A stretch of 64,000 bases of DNA from the human T2T-CHM13v2.0 reference genome, Homo sapiens: assembly GCF_009914755.1 (NCBI RefSeq), contig NC_060929.1. One strand, given 5' to 3'. The notes beneath the pieces were generated by a model. The model saw nothing but the letters and a program-made list of their open reading frames with translations. It was not told where the DNA came from and searched no databases. The translations under genes were made by a program, and so were the position numbers. The number at the start of each line of letters is the position of its first letter. The first letter of the stretch is position 1. Positions 48,243 to 61,381 of the stretch are shown piece by piece.

Positions 48243-48323
48243 CTGAAAACCTCCAGGGTCGGATGAGGCCAAGGACTGGAAAGAAAGAATCTGTAACTCT
48301 TTCAATATTCTCCACGGATAGGC
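48243..48323 (-). ncRNA. Candidate internal exon of the minus-strand transcript
   Basis: Acceptor CCTGTTCTATTTAG|GCC (alternative TTCTTTCTTTCCAG| giving first base 48275) and strong donor CAG|GTATGT. Confidence 0.4.
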
Positions 48324-48539
48324 CTAAATAGAACAGGTGCCCCTTCTACTCCTACCACCCCTTACTCAGTTTGGCATCTGACTTTGTCCTAAGTAGGGTA
48401 ACATTCATTCACTGTGCCTTTATGTTGCAAATTGAACTGATTTAAAAGTGAAAAATACAGTGAAGAAACCATCACTCTAGCCAATAACGTGGATGCAACA
48501 TACTTTATCTCATGTGGTGTTACTACTTAGTTGAACCCT

Positions 48540-48835
48540 TTGTCTAGACTACTTCTCACCTTGGCTACCTGGCTGACTCATAGCTCAGGTATCCCCATCT
48601 CCAGATGTACGTTCTGACTCCCTCTGCATTCAGCTTATCTTCCCCTCCTCTGTGATCTTCTACTGTACTTATATGGTAACTTGCATGAACCTCTATTATA
48701 GCTATACCCACTGATTTTTTAGTCTATCTCCTCCACTAGATTCTGAGTTCCTTGACAGCAGGGGCTGTGTCTGGCTGATTTCTTTATTTGCTATGTCTAG
48801 TGAATGTTTGATGGATGGAAGAATGAACAAACAGT
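48540..48835 (+). mobile_element. L2 3' end
   Basis: ctccactagattctgagttccttgacagcagggg...aatgtttgatggatggaagaatgaa. Confidence 0.7.
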
Positions 48836-49652
48836 CACAGATTTATCTATTTACTCAAAGTCTTGCTGGACTGAATAATGGGCTGGAAGTATTCTTATAA
48901 TCAACACAGTGTATTTTGTGGGCTATATAATGCTTTTGTCTGCTAGCAAATATATTCTCTGTATAATAAAATAACAAGAGTCTGGATTGTTCTTTATACA
49001 AAGCTATCTATTCCGTAACTATCTTCTAGCCATTTACAGCTCTGACTTGCTGAAATGAACTTGCAGTTGTTCATTACTGATTCTGGGCTGAATCAGATGA
49101 ATACACAAAGCAAAGACATCATGCTGATGAGAAGAGCCTTCTGGGCAAGTTAGACAGGTAAACAACAAAGCCTTATTCAGGTAACTGACTTATTTCCAAA
49201 TCTGGCCAGCCCAAACCAGTTTTCTTTTTTTTTTTTTTTTAATCTTAGGACTCTGACTATTATTAGGTTTAATTCATTAACCTAGAATAATCAATTATTT
49301 GAAAATAAGAGATCCGCAAGCTTCTGGGTCAATAGCTAAATCGCATTATCTCTTTGTGGGTTTAGAAAACTTTAATTGAATGGAAAACTTCCATATTCTA
49401 TTTTTCTCTGTTATGTTTCTAAATCACAGGATTTATCCTGTCTTTTTCTCTTAAAACTCCGGAATGAGGACAATGTTAAGGTTTAAATGAGAAATAAAGA
49501 ACAGGACTGATGTGTTACCTTGAGTGGGTGGGATTATAAGGTGAGGCAGAGCAAGAGGTTAGCAACTTTTACTTTATACAACATCCGCATTGTTTAACTT
49601 CTAATGAGCATATATGTGATTTAACATTGCTTTTTAAAGTTTTTAATAAATG

Positions 49653-49928
49653 GGACCAGGTGTGGTAGCTTACGCCTGTAATCCCAGTGCTTAGGGAGGC
49701 TGAGGCAGGAGGATTGCTTGAGGCCAGATGCAAGAACCCATCTCTACAAAAAAAATTTTTTTAAAAAACTAACCAGGCATGGTGGCTCGTGCCTGTAGTT
49801 ACAGCTATTCAGGAGGCTGAGGCTAGAGGATCACTTTAGCCCAGGAATGTGAGGCTGCAGTGAGCTGTGATCAAGCTACTACTCTCCAGCCAGGGTGACA
49901 GAGCAAGATTTATCTCTAAAAAAAAAAA
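49653..49928 (+). mobile_element. AluJ with internal deletion
   Basis: J-type ggattgcttgagg and gaggctgcagtgagctgtgat. Confidence 0.88.
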
Positions 49929-50393
49929 TTCAATAAATGAATTAACAACGCCTCTTTCTCTTGGTGATTCTTTCTTTACCTCAGAAAGTTCTATAAGCAA
50001 AAGAAAGTCACTTCAAACCAATAAATTTAGACTGACAGCCAAAAGCGTGAACAGAACAGACCCATGCTTTCACCACTGTGCTTTACAGTACAAGTGACAA
50101 GCAGGAAAAGCACGAGATCCTTGCTCTCCAGGAGCTATCAGTCTATTTAGGGAGACAGATACCAAAAAGCATTAGTGAATTTCACAAGGTAGCTCATGCT
50201 GGACATCAACGTATATAATGTAGTGTATAAATGCCCCGAGAATTGGGAAGACAGAAGGTTTTTGAGAGCTACAGAACTGGAGAGGGGCTTGGGATGGAGG
50301 GCCTGAGTGGGTCTTCGACGGGCAGAGTAGGGGGTGATGACAGTCAGTGCAAGCAGAAGAGATGAAACTGGGCAAGGCTGTAGAAGTCATTAA

Positions 50394-50706
<313 letters not shown>

Positions 50707-50777
50707 ATGGTCATTCTCCAACTCTGGTTGTGTCAGTTTTCTAATCTGTCACCTCTATTCTATTTCTCATCTCCCAA

Positions 50778-51403
50778 TATATAGGAGTTAAGAAGAAATT
50801 ATTTAGTCAGATAGTGAGGGTAATGAAGTCCTCGGTAAGGTTTTCCTTTTAATGAAAAGCAGCCCCCAAATCATTTTCTTTTCTAACAAAGTGCAGCCTG
50901 TAAAATCGACCTGCAGACATAGAAAGGCAAACGAGATGCTTGCACGGGTGGGTGCCGGGAGTTGTGCCAATAGGAAAGGGGCTACCTGGGGACTAGGCGT
51001 GTTCAAAATGGCTGCTCCATCTTCCCATCTCTTTGCCAAACTACGTGTACAGTAAGAGAAGACAACATGGCATGGCCAGGCAAAGACGCCATTTGCATAA
51101 TAAGATTAGGGTGGGCGGCTATGTAAACGTCACACCTGCTCCAACCAGTCTGTGGCCCTATGTAAATCGGGCCCTCAAGCCTGTCTGTAAATCCGGTGCA
51201 CTCCATGCATGGATGTGCATGGGCCAGAAGTCCCATTTGGGCACCCCCGCTCTCTCTCCCAAGAGAAAGAGCTATTCTCCTTTCTCTTTCTTTTGCCTAT
51301 TAAACCTCCGCTCCTAAACCCACTTCTTGTGTTTGCGTCCTCAATTCCCTTGGCGTGAGACGGCAAACCCCGAGTATTTACCCCAGACAACAATGCCCCT
51401 TCA
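50778..51403 (+). mobile_element. Solo LTR27/LTR28-family LTR (ERV1)
   Basis: aggagttaagaagaaatt...cagatagtgaggg...tttaatgaaaagcagcccc; ends ccccagacaacaatgcccct tca. Confidence 0.72.
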
Positions 51404-51611
51404 CCAGAACCTTAATCCTGGCCACGAAATGATAAATAATACCAGTCTCTGAAGGCAGATGCCCGCATCAAGTTTAATTCTTCATACTGGTGATTCCATG
51501 TCTAGGTTCTGATTTCTATGTAAATCAAAATCCACAGCTGGACACAGGTCCTGTTGCACAGTAGATTATTGAAAAAATGCCAAGTACTAGCCCTTTGTGG
51601 CCACAACTTCC

Positions 51612-52342
51612 TGAAACTGCCTTTGCAAAGCCATAACTGAGAAAATTATTACAGTGAAAGAGATCGGACCTAACTAACACCATCTTGCTTCTAACCTTCA
51701 AGCTGTCCTTGTTCAATCCTAGATGTAGGCTGAGCTAACTTTGGGAGGAACTTAGTTTATAGTTTAGCTTTGAAACAAAGATGATAACAGGCCTTTCCCA
51801 AAACAACCCCCCTTCCTGCCTGCGGACTAGACTGCCTTTACAGGACTAACAAATTAGCTAGAAGATGAGAAATTATGTTTTAGGAGTCACGCAGCTGGAG
51901 GCTGCAAGTTTCTAAACTTCCCCAAGTTGCTCCTGGGGATAAAATCACTATTATAAAATCTAAGATCAGTGCTTGAGATATTTTGCAGACTCCGCGCTCA
52001 ATAAATCAGCTGGCACCACCCAGATTGATAAACTGGCTCATATGGTCTTGTAGCCCCCACCCAGGAACTGTCTTAGCACAAAAGGACAGCTTCAACTCCC
52101 CATGATTTCATCTCCGACCTGACCAATTAGCACTCCCAACTCACTGGCCCTCTACCTACCAAATTATCCTTAAAAACTCCAGCCACCAAATTCTTGGGGA
52201 GACTGATTTGAGTAATAATAAAACTCCAGTCTCCCACACAGCCGGCTCTGTGTGAATTACTCTTTCTCTATTGCAATTCCCCTGTCTTGATAAATCAGCT
52301 CTATCTAGGCAGCGGGTAAAGTGAACCCACTGCGGGGTTACA
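51612..52342 (+). mobile_element. Solo LTR8-family LTR (LTR8A/8B-like, ERV1)
   Basis: Starts TGAAACTGCCTTTGCAAA and ends GGTTACA. 4-bp TSD ttcc. Confidence 0.88.
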
Positions 52343-52748
52343 TTCCCTGCCTTTGGCTCATGAATATAGGCAGCATCAGCTTCCTGACTCACCCTCTGCC
52401 TTGAACCCAGACACACATAACACAGCTAGCACCTAATAGAGACTGCTCTGGGTAGCCCCTCCTCTCATTTCTGCTTCTTCTCCTTGGTCCTCCTCACCCA
52501 CGTCCTCCTTTTGCAATTACTTGGAGTCTTGGGCTGTGCCTTACTATTTAATCCCTGGCCCCATGTTTACCCTTGTAACTTGCTCTGGCCTGTCCAAAGA
52601 GGAGGATCAAATAATAGCTAGAAATAATAATAACTCATATTTACAGAGAACTTCCTGTGTTCCAGGCCTTGTACTAAATACCTGCTAAAGGTTAAGTTTT
52701 TCTTATTTTCCCAGCCACTCAGCAAGAAAGATGCTGCTATTTTCCCTG

Positions 52749-53265
52749 TGTTTGAAATGTTTGTTCTTCAGTGCTGTAAAGAAAATAGCACTTGGACATA
52801 AATTTAATTTATTTAGTAAGGCCATTTTTACTTCTTGCAGAAAGGGTACACTTGCCAGGAGTTTTTCCACGACAGTACCCCAAACAAAGGAGACAGGGTC
52901 ATTTATAACTTGATGCGTCCACCTTACTGTTGTGTCCGGTTTCTACTGGCTGGAACGGGACCTCACATTCTGTGTTTGACCTGATTGGCTAGCAAGTTAG
53001 AACTTTATAAAAGAGGTAAATGTAGAGGAGAACAAAGAAGGAGGAAGTAACTTGTGGAATGCTGAGAAAGGTAAAAACACTTTTAAATAAGGAAGAGGAA
53101 CAGGCTATGACCTAATGCTTGCTTGGGCCAGTACAAACATGCCAGGGCAAATATTTAGAAGCACAGGTCTTTGAATACATTTTGCTTCTAAGACAAGTTA
53201 CTATTTATTCCTAATTAAATGGGGAGGAAATTCTTTGAAGAGGAACCTCCACTTTATTTTTTACA
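52749..53265 (-). mobile_element. Solo LTR10-family LTR (LTR10C-like, HERV-I)
   Basis: Reverse complement starts TGTAAAAAATAAAGTGGAGGTTCCTCTTCAAAG and ends CATTTCAAACA. 4-bp TSD cctg. Confidence 0.8.
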
Positions 53266-53283
53266 CCTGTTGTAAGAAATAGG

Positions 53284-53560
<277 letters not shown>

Positions 53561-54265
53561 GAAATAGGGATAAGAAAAAGGAAGCCTAGAGAAAGTGATA
53601 AAGTGATAGAGAAAGGATTTGAACCCTGTAGGATTTTTTGCCACAGTGGAGGTACTTGGTGAATGACAGGACCAGGTGAAGGATGCCTTGACATTGGGAC
53701 TGAAGAGTTTGGGTTTGATGCTACAGACAATGTGTCATCACTGCAAGTTTTGAAGTGGAAGAGTGGCAGAAAAAGAAAATATATTTAAAAATCTCTGTAC
53801 TTCACTCCAGCTCTTATCCCTTTGATACTTGGTAATTTTTAAAACAGATTTGTCTGTGTCCTTTTATGTTTCACCCTTATTCTATCAGCATCAAAAAGTA
53901 TCTGCGTATTCATGGCAGTTTAATATGTAAAAGCAGCAAAGCAAAAATGTGGAAGCAGCCTTAAATGTACAGGAATAGAGAAATGATTAGGTAAATTGTG
54001 CTACATTAATTTGGTATAAAGCTAAGCCATTAAAAAATAAAAACTCTGTATCTTTACATGGATGAGTCACAAGAATAGTTTTGTGAAAAATGTAGAACAC
54101 CCATTGTAAATATAGACCTCCTCATTGTGACTGTGTAAAAGGTGTGTGTTGTGTACATAAAAGAGAATGAGGAGAAAAGAGCTGAGTCAGCATGGTGGGA
54201 TGAGATTATAAATATACTATTTCTTTGTTTTAAAAATGTTACTTAGTATTATCTGTAATTTACCT

Positions 54266-54523
54266 AGACTAGAGTGAAGTGATGCAATCACAGCTCACTA
54301 CAGTCCCGACTTTCTGGGCTCAAGCAATCCTGCCACCTCAGCCCCCGGAGTAGCTGGAACCACAGGTGTGCACCACGACACCCAATTAATTTTTGTATTT
54401 TTTGTAGAAATAGGGTTTCTGCATGTTGCCCAGGCTAGTCTCGAACTCCTAGGCTCAAGGGATCCACCCACCCTGGACCTCCCAAAGTTCTGGGATTACA
54501 GGTGTGAGCCACCACCCCTGACC
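54266..54523 (-). mobile_element. AluJ, tail lost
   Basis: ctgggctcaagcaatcc and aggctcaagggatcc. Confidence 0.88.
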
Positions 54524-54935
54524 AGTTATTTGCAATTGGTTTTACAGTGAAGGAAAAATGTAAGGAGAGAAACCAAGTTAATCCAGCAGATACACAGATT
54601 AGAGACATTCCAGCTGGAGTAAAACAGGCTCTGGAGGCATGAGCAGGAGAGGGCACTGAATTTTGAGAGTGGAGGCATATGGGAACAAAAAGAAACGGGT
54701 GTGAGAAATGTTTAGAGGAAACACTCGGAGGCATGTATTCTCTAACAGAATTTAGATGATGGGAAATAGAAACTTGGCAAAGTACTTCAAGGTTTCTAGG
54801 CTAAGGCCAGCAGCCTGTTAGTGCCATTAATAGAAATCACACAACTCTGAAGAGAGGGCAGTTTTTAGATGAAGATAATTATGATGGTTGGACTTCTGTG
54901 TGAGATGAGAGTTATTATATTAAATTACTATTATG

Positions 54936-55228
54936 GGCTGGTTATGGTGGCTCACACCTGTAATCTCAGCACTTTGGGAGGTTGAGCCAAGCAGACTGCT
55001 TGAGCCCAGGAGTTCGAGACCAGACCGGGCAACATGGCAAAACCCCTTCTCTACTAAAAATACAAAAATTAGCTGAGTGAGCCTGTAGTCCCAGCTATTC
55101 AGGAGGTTGAGGAGGGAGGATCACTTGGTCCTGGGGCATTGAGGCTGGAGTGAGCCAAGATTGAAGCACTACACTCCAGCCTAGGTGACAGAGTGAGACC
55201 TAGACAAATAAATAAATATAAATAAAAT
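54936..55228 (+). mobile_element. AluJ
   Basis: gcttgagcccaggagttcgag; AATA-type tail. Confidence 0.9.
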
Positions 55229-55905
55229 ATTATTAAGGGGAAAAAAATCCAAGAATATGGAATCTAGAGCTGTTGTGTGGAACAATTAAGGCTAGAGATA
55301 CGGATTCAAGACTCGGGGGCACAGATTTAGAGGTGGGCCTGATCATATCATTGGGCCTAATCCATTCTGATGACAAGCATTATTTAGCTAGCATAGAATT
55401 TTTAAAAAATAGAATGTGAATGCATTCACCTTCCCCTATTGTATTATACTTTGCCTTGACATATTTACATTACTTGCCCAGCCCCTGAAGGCATTTGATT
55501 TCAATACCTGAGATAATCACCTGAGGCTATGTGAGCGAATGAGTTAGCTTCAGGAAAAGAGGTGGGAAGGATGTGGAGAGTGTGAGAATGAGAGGATTGA
55601 GGCTAAGAAGCCTTTAGCAATGTCTGAGGAAAGAAGAAATCAGAACATCTGTCTTAAGAATTGCAGAAGGGGAGATAAATGTAACTGGGGCCTGAGGCAA
55701 GGAAAATAATCAAAAATAGGAAAAAATATCCTTTTATCTGAAGAAAATCACAATATTGATGTGGCCTACTGAGTGCCAAGAGAAACCAAAGACTCGTATA
55801 TAGACACGATCTCATTTCAGAATAACTGAGGGAAGAAGTCACTAAGAGCATCCAGGGAGAGGATAGGGGAAAAAGAATCAGTCTGGCATCAGTTTTCTCA
55901 CAGGG

Positions 55906-55989
55906 AGCATAAAACACAAGAAGCCATAGTTTCAGCATAAAACACGAGAAGCCATAGTTTCAGCATAAAACACAAGAAGCCATAGTTTC
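55906..55989 (+). repeat. 28-bp minisatellite, 3 copies
   Basis: agcataaaacac(a/g)agaagccatagtttc x3, with one mismatch. Confidence 0.95.
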
Positions 55990-56490
55990 TTCATAAATGT
56001 AAACATAAATGTATGGTACAACCAGCACTCCCACTCCTAGGTACTATCCAAGTGAAATAAAAACCTATGTTCATGCAAAACCTGTATACAAATGTTTTTA
56101 GAGGCTTTATTCACAATCACTTAATACTGGAAACAATCCAAATGTCCTTTAAAAGGTGAATAGATCAAAAAACTGTGGTACAACCATACAATGAACTACT
56201 ATTATACAAAAAAAATAAAAAAAAAAGGACAAACAAACGGAGGAATCCATTGCTATAGCATTCTTGAAAGGACAAAATTATAGGGATAGAGAACGGGTCA
56301 GTGGTTGCCACAGGTTGGCATGGAGGTAGAAAGTAACAAAGGGTCAGCACAGAGGAATTTTTGAGGGTGATAAAACTCTCTGTATTTCAACTGTGATGAT
56401 TGTTAAACAACTTTATTCATTTGTTGTAACTCAGAACTGTACAAGAACACTGAATTTTACTTCAGTAATTCTTTAAAAAATAAAATATAA
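55990..56490 (+). mobile_element. L1MC/MD-like 3' end
   Basis: ccagcactcccactcctagg...tcagtggttgcc...ttttgagggtgat. Confidence 0.75.
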
Positions 56491-56674
56491 GTAGAGAAAT
56501 GATTTTAAAATAGGGGTTATATCAGATAAAGGTGAGGAATGGAAAAATAAAATTAAAATTTTTATTAGCAGAGTTTGATGGGAAGGAGAAGAGAGATGGT
56601 AGTTTGAGTTAAATTCTATATTTACATTGCAAGGAGTCAATATTATAAGTTGATAAATTTAAAAACATAGTATC

Positions 56675-56960
56675 GGCCGGTTGCTGTGGCTGAAGCCTGT
56701 AATCCCAGCACTTTGGGAGGCCGAGGCGGGCAGATCACGAGGTCAGGAGATCGAGATCATCCTGGCTAACACAGTGAAACCCCTTCTTTACTAAAAAAAT
56801 ACAAAAAAAGTAGCTGGGCGTGGTGGTGGGAGCCTGTAGTCCCAGCTACTCGGGAGCCTGAGGCAGGAGAATGGCATGAAACCGGGAGACAGAGCTTTGC
56901 AGTGAGCTGAGATCATGCCACTGCACTCCAGCTTGGGCGACAGAGGGAGACTCTGTCTCA

Positions 56961-56990
<30 letters not shown>
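56675..56990 (+). mobile_element. AluY with (CAAAA)n tail
   Basis: TSD aaaaac(a/g)tagt(a/g)tc. Confidence 0.94.
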
Positions 56991-56992
<2 letters not shown>

Positions 56993-57408
56993 AACGTAGT
57001 GTCATAGCCTATTCCTTAGACTTATCAACCAATAAATAAAAACAGAAATGCTTCAAATGATTACAATTAGAGTGAGACTTGTGTGATTCAGGAGCTGGTG
57101 GGGGAGCGGGTGGGATATTTTATATTTTATATCTTCCTGTACCATTTGAAATAATATGTGTATAAATATTGCTTATAGTTTATTATAAAATAAAAATTTT
57201 AAATATTCTGAATATAAAAACATCCTGATTTAAAAAATTTTACACCAGATTTCACACTATGAGGAGAAAAAAAGCTCAGGTTTAGAGCTGTATCCTCAAG
57301 GTACACTAAGGTATGAGTTTCACTTACAGTATAAGAAAGTCCTACAGGTATCCTAACTAATTTAATACACATCACATCACAAAAATACTGTAATATTAAT
57401 AGTATTAT

Positions 57409-59791
57409 TTTATAAGTCCATTCTTACGCTGCTATAGGGACATACCCAAGACTGGGTAATTTATAAAGGAAAGAGGCTTAATTGACTCACTGTTCTGCAG
57501 GGCTGGGGAGGCCTCAGGAAACTTACAATCATGATGGAAGGGGAAGCAAATACATCCTTCTTTAAAGGCAGCAGGAGAGAGAAGAATGAGAGCCGAGCGA
57601 GGGGGGAAGCCCCTTATTAAACCATCAGATATCATGAGAACTCACTCACTATCACTAGAACAGTATGGGGGAAACCACCCCCATGATTCAGTTACCTCCT
57701 ACCGAGTCCCTCCCACAACACGGGGGAATTATGGAAACTAAAATTCAAGATGAGATTTGGAATGGGCACACAGCCAAACTGTATCATTCTGCCCCTGGCC
57801 CCTCCAAAATCTCATGTCCTCACATTTCAAAACACAATCATGCCTTCCCAACAGTCCATTAAAGTCTTAATTCACTCCAACATTAACCCAAAAGTCCAAG
57901 TCCAAAGTCTCATCTGAAACAAGGCAAGTCCCTCAGCCTATAAGCCTGTAAAATCAAAAGCAAGTTGGTTACTTCCTAGATACAATGGGGGTACAGGCAT
58001 TGGGTAAATACACCTGTTCCAAATGAGAGAAATTGGCCAAAACAAAGCAATTACATGCCCCACACAAGTCCAAACTCCAATAGGAAAGTTATTAAACCTT
58101 AAAATTCCAAAATGATCTCCTTTGACTCCATGTCTCACATCCAAGTCATGCTGATGCAAGAGGTGGGCTCCCATGGCCTTGGGCAGCTCTGCTTCTGTGG
58201 GTTTGAAGGATATAGCCCCCCTCCTGGCTGCTTTCACAGGCTGGTGCTGAGTGCCTGCAGCTTTTCTAGGTGTGTGGTGCAAGCTATCAGTGGATCTACT
58301 ATTCTGGGGTCTGGAGGATAGTGGCCCTCTTCTCACAGGTCAGCTAGGCAGTGCCCCAGTGGGGGCTCCAACCCCACATTTCCCTTCTGTACTGCCCTAG
58401 CAGAGGTTCTCCATGAGGGCTTTGCCCCTGCATCAAACTTCTGCCTGACATCCAGGCATTTCCATACATCCTCTGAAATCTAGGCAGAGGTTTCCAACTT
58501 CAATTCTTGTCTTCTGTGCACCCGCAGTACCAAACCACGTGGAAGCTGCCAAGGTTTGGGCTTGCACCCTCTGAAGCAATGGCCTGAGCTGTACCTTGGC
58601 CCCTTTTATCCAAGGCTGGAGCTGAAGCAGCTGGGATGCAGGGCACCATGTCCCAGGGCTGCACAGAGGAGGGGGGCCCTGGGCCCAGGCCACAAAGCAT
58701 TTTTCCCTTCTGGGTCTCCAGGCCTGTAATGGGACGGGCTGCCGTGAAGGTCTCTGACATGCTCTGGAGACATTTTCTTCATTGTCTTGGTGATTAACAT
58801 TCAGCTCCTCGTTACTTATGCAAATTTCTGCAGTGGGCTTAAATTCTCCCCAGAAAATGGGGTTTTCTTTTCTATTGCTTTGTCAGTCTGCAAATTTTCC
58901 AAACCTTTATGTTCTGCTTCCGCTTGAATGCTTTGCCACTTAGAAATTTCTTCTGCCAGATACCCTAAATCATTGCTCTCAAGTTCAAAGTTCCACAGAT
59001 CTCTAGGGCAGGGGAAAAAGCTGCCAGTCTCTTTGCTAACACATAGCAAGAGTCCAGTTTGCTCCAGTTTTCAACAAGTTCCTCATCTCCATCTTGGACC
59101 ACCTCAGCCTGGACTTCATTGTCCGTATCACTACTAGCATTTTGGTTAAAGCCATTCAACAAGTTTCTAGGAAGTTCAAAACTTTCTCACATCTTCCTGT
59201 CTTCTGAGCCCTCCAAGTCTCTAGGAAGTTCCAAACTCTTCCACATTTTCCTATCTTCTTCTGAATCCTCTAAACTGTTCCAACGTCTGCCTGTTACCAA
59301 GTTCCAAAGTCGCTTCCACATTTTTGGGGATGCTTATAGCAGCACCCCCTCCTCCCTTGGTACCAATTTACTGTATTAGTTCCTTCTCATGCTGCTATGA
59401 AGACAGACCCAAGACTGGGTATTTCTAAAGGAAAGAAGTTTTTTATAAAGGAGAAAATCTTTTTTTTAATAAAGGAAAGAAAATTTATAAAGGAAAGAGG
59501 TTTAATTGACTCACAGTTCAGCATGGCTGCAGAGGCCCCAGGAAACTTACAATCTTGGTGGAAGGGGAAGCAAACACGTCCTTCTTTACATGGCGGCAGG
59601 TGAGAGAATGAGATCTAAGCAGAGGAGGAAGCCCCTTCTAAAACCATCAGATCTCATAAGAACTTACTCACTATCATGAGAATAGCATGGGGGAAACCGC
59701 TCCCATGATTCAACTACCTCCCACTGGGTCCCTCTCATGGGAACTACAATTCAAGATGAGATTTGGGTGGGGACACAGCCAAATCATGTCG
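57409..59791 (-). mobile_element. Complete THE1 (THE1C/D-like) MaLR provirus: 3' LTR 57409-57786, internal 57787-59371, 5' LTR 59372-59791
   Basis: Two homologous LTRs flanking a ~1.58-kb THE1-int. 5-bp TSD attat at 57404-57408 and 59792-59796. Confidence 0.92.
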
Positions 59792-60509
59792 ATTATAAAT
59801 GTTACTACATAAAATGAAGAATATTACTAGTTGTCACACAGTTTTGTTATTATAATATATAACTATATTTAGATATTTTAATTTCTCTCATAATTGTCAC
59901 AGTAAAAATATCTTCAAAGAGATAATTTCCTCTCATGTTGCTATAGCATCATAAGCAAACAGATATCCAATAGTCATCAATAAGCCTTACAGAAGTCAAT
60001 TCTCTCTTCATCTTCAATCAAACTGAATCAATGGGCCTATGACAGCTACTCCTGGTGGAAAATATGCTAAAACTTTTTGCAAAAAAAATTACAGAGGTTT
60101 TTGGGTCTGAACAGTATGTGACAGGGGAATAGTCATTGAAAAAAAGAATGTACTCTATACAAGCAAGTTTTAAAATAGTTTTTGATCCAGTGCAAGAACC
60201 CGAAAGTGCCAGTATGTGAATGCATAATTAGGTAGAAGAAAATTGATTACAAAGTGAATTTTGGTTCAATCTGACAAGCAAAAATTCTCCCATGGCTGCT
60301 TTTGAGAAACTTATTATACCTTTCTTTCATCAAAATGTTGCCAGTTGTGCATTTCTGTCAATAGCATTTAACATATTTATTTAGGTTGCCTGTTTTCTAC
60401 TTCACTAAAGTAATGGAGACCTTTATTTATATTTTATTCCTGTTAACATATATAACACATATCCATATAATCTCCCCATATGTAAGAGAATTACTCTCTC
60501 TGTCTTTGC

Positions 60510-60967
60510 TGTGGTAGCCACAGAATTGTATCACTCAAGTCTTCTACTGTTAGCATAGTTGACTAATGGCCCCAGCTGTCATTCCTCTGTATCTATCATA
60601 GTATTTGTGCTGAGGTCATGCTTCTACCAAGCTGTTTATAGCCAGTGTCTGAGCAAGGTGTAGGTACTAGTGCTAGTCCATTCCTACAAGGCATGGGACT
60701 TTTCTAGTGGGTGACTTTAGCTCCAGGCATCTCCCTGGACCTTGTCAAAACCCTGCTGTCTGAGACTCTTCCTCCCCAATCCTCCTTCGCCCTCACCTTT
60801 CACAGGTATCAGATCAGCAACTCAGTCTGAAGTTGAGTTCATTCTGAAGCCTTCCCTGCCTATTCCTACTTCCTCCTCTTAATCCTTCATGTGCATCTCT
60901 CTCCTAAAATCCTCTTGCACCTTGAATTCCATCTTGGCATCTGCTTCTTGGAGGATCTGAACCCACA
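60510..60967 (+). mobile_element. LTR16-family LTR (ERVL)
   Basis: Starts tgtggtagccac and ends ccatcttggcatctgcttcttggaggatctgaacccaca. Confidence 0.72.
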
Positions 60968-61057
60968 CTCTCTGAAGAAAAGGTAAGCATAGCACCTTTC
61001 TACCTTAAGAATATCTGGATCACGCTGTCTCCAGAGAGGAAATATTGTTAAAAATAG

Positions 61058-61381
<324 letters not shown>

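Noticed and set aside
44118-48323. Assigning a named gene or lncRNA to the candidate exons
   Set aside because: I cannot recognise the locus reliably from sequence alone; BLAT is needed, so no symbol is given
55906-55989. 28-bp repeats resembling a CRISPR array
   Set aside because: No spacers, primate DNA, no cas genes; a simple minisatellite
57938-59379. Cluster of overlapping ORFs
   Set aside because: GC-rich THE1 internal region, fragmented, with no intact gag-like ORF
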